A stretch of DNA of 63,781 nucleotides, counting the filler, from Octopus bimaculoides (Eukaryota): assembly GCF_001194135.2 (NCBI RefSeq). It is 7 parts of 6 records of this genome, joined end to end, with 100 filler letters (N's around TTAATTAATTAA, not from the genome) between each part and the next. Parts side by side here need not be neighbours in the genome. Positions count along the whole stretch, not along the records: positions 61,953 to 63,781 come from NW_026305070.1; 6 more parts are not named here. One strand, given 5' to 3'. The notes under the pieces are model-generated. The model was not told the DNA's origin, made no database searches, and saw only the letters and a list, made by a program, of their open reading frames with translations. This document shows, piece by piece, positions 63,146-63,781 of this stretch. A program made the translations under genes and the position numbers. How positions within the stretch are numbered: the stretch's first letter is position 1; every line of letters begins with the position of its first letter.

Positions 63146-63509
63146 AAATGAGAGAAAGAGAAAGTTGAGTTCATGAGATTCTTCATTAATCACTATGATC
63201 ATTTCAAGCCATCGTGCATTAGTCCCTTGTGGGTGAAATTCTATACAAATAGTTATGTTATAAACACTACGAACACAAATGAATTCCTGAAGCAAATCCA
63301 GTGGCCTTTAAATCCATACCATTGATGATGTCAGGTAGTCAAATACACAGAATGTGCTTTGAATGACATACCATCCGGTAAATATCCAAATTTAAAATCA
63401 TTACTTGTATGTATGGAGGATTTAGTGACATTCTTTATAAATCTTTATATTCTATGTGTGTTTTTTACGTTTGTTCCATTTGTGTGTACCTTTATATATT
63501 TTTTGAACG

Positions 63510-63675
63510 TGGTGCAGGAGTGGCTGTGTGGTAAAAAGTTTACTTCCCAACCACATGCTTCAGGGTTCAGTCCCATTGTGTGGCACCTTGGGTAAGTGTC
63601 TTCTACTATAGCCTTAGGTCAATCAAAACCTTGTGAGTAGATTTAGTAGAGAGAAACTGAAAGAAGCCCATGATA
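63510..63675 (+). mobile_element. Family A SINE head + CORE-like part
   Basis: GGTGCAGGAGTGGCTGTGTGGTAAAAAG...GGTTCAGTCCC...CCTTGGGTAAGTGTC...GAAACTGAAAGAAGCCC. Confidence 0.85.
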
Positions 63676-63781
63676 TACATAAATGAATAAATATATATAT
63701 GTAGGTATGTATGTATATATGTGTGTGTATGTATATATATATATATATATATGTTTGTTTGTATGTATATATATATATATA

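Noticed and set aside
63160-63430. Protein-like open stretch (…DHFKPSCISPLWVKFY…)
   Set aside because: Interrupted by tandem stops, no convincing splice sites, no recognised family.

Overview
AT-rich, microsatellite-dense animal DNA with many assembly gaps. The SINE and LINE repertoire suggests a coleoid cephalopod, most likely Octopus; this is inference from repeat content only. No host protein-coding gene can be confidently recognised, and nearly all ORFs in the supplied track are translations of microsatellites, N-gaps or decayed transposons. The window is a dense collection of transposable elements. It holds several tRNA-derived SINE families and fossils of four LINE clades (HERO and R4/Dong with restriction-like endonucleases, RTE, L1/Tx1). 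It also holds Tc1/mariner elements (DD37D maT x3, DD41D rosa-type, a mariner MITE), a hAT MITE with a perfect 8-bp TSD, and Helitron-like pieces. The most interesting signal is a set of Penelope-type minimal hammerhead ribozyme motifs in three unrelated sequence contexts. One is a 331-bp element (3 copies) that joins a tRNA-like Pol III head, a (TAA)n spacer and a hammerhead-bearing tail without poly(A); its 8-bp TSD is confirmed by in-frame reconstruction of the transposase it interrupts. A second notable signal is a SINE 3' tail that matches the 3' end of a nearby L1/Tx1-type LINE at 36 of 42 positions. All alignments and RNA folds were done by eye; no database search or folding program was run.
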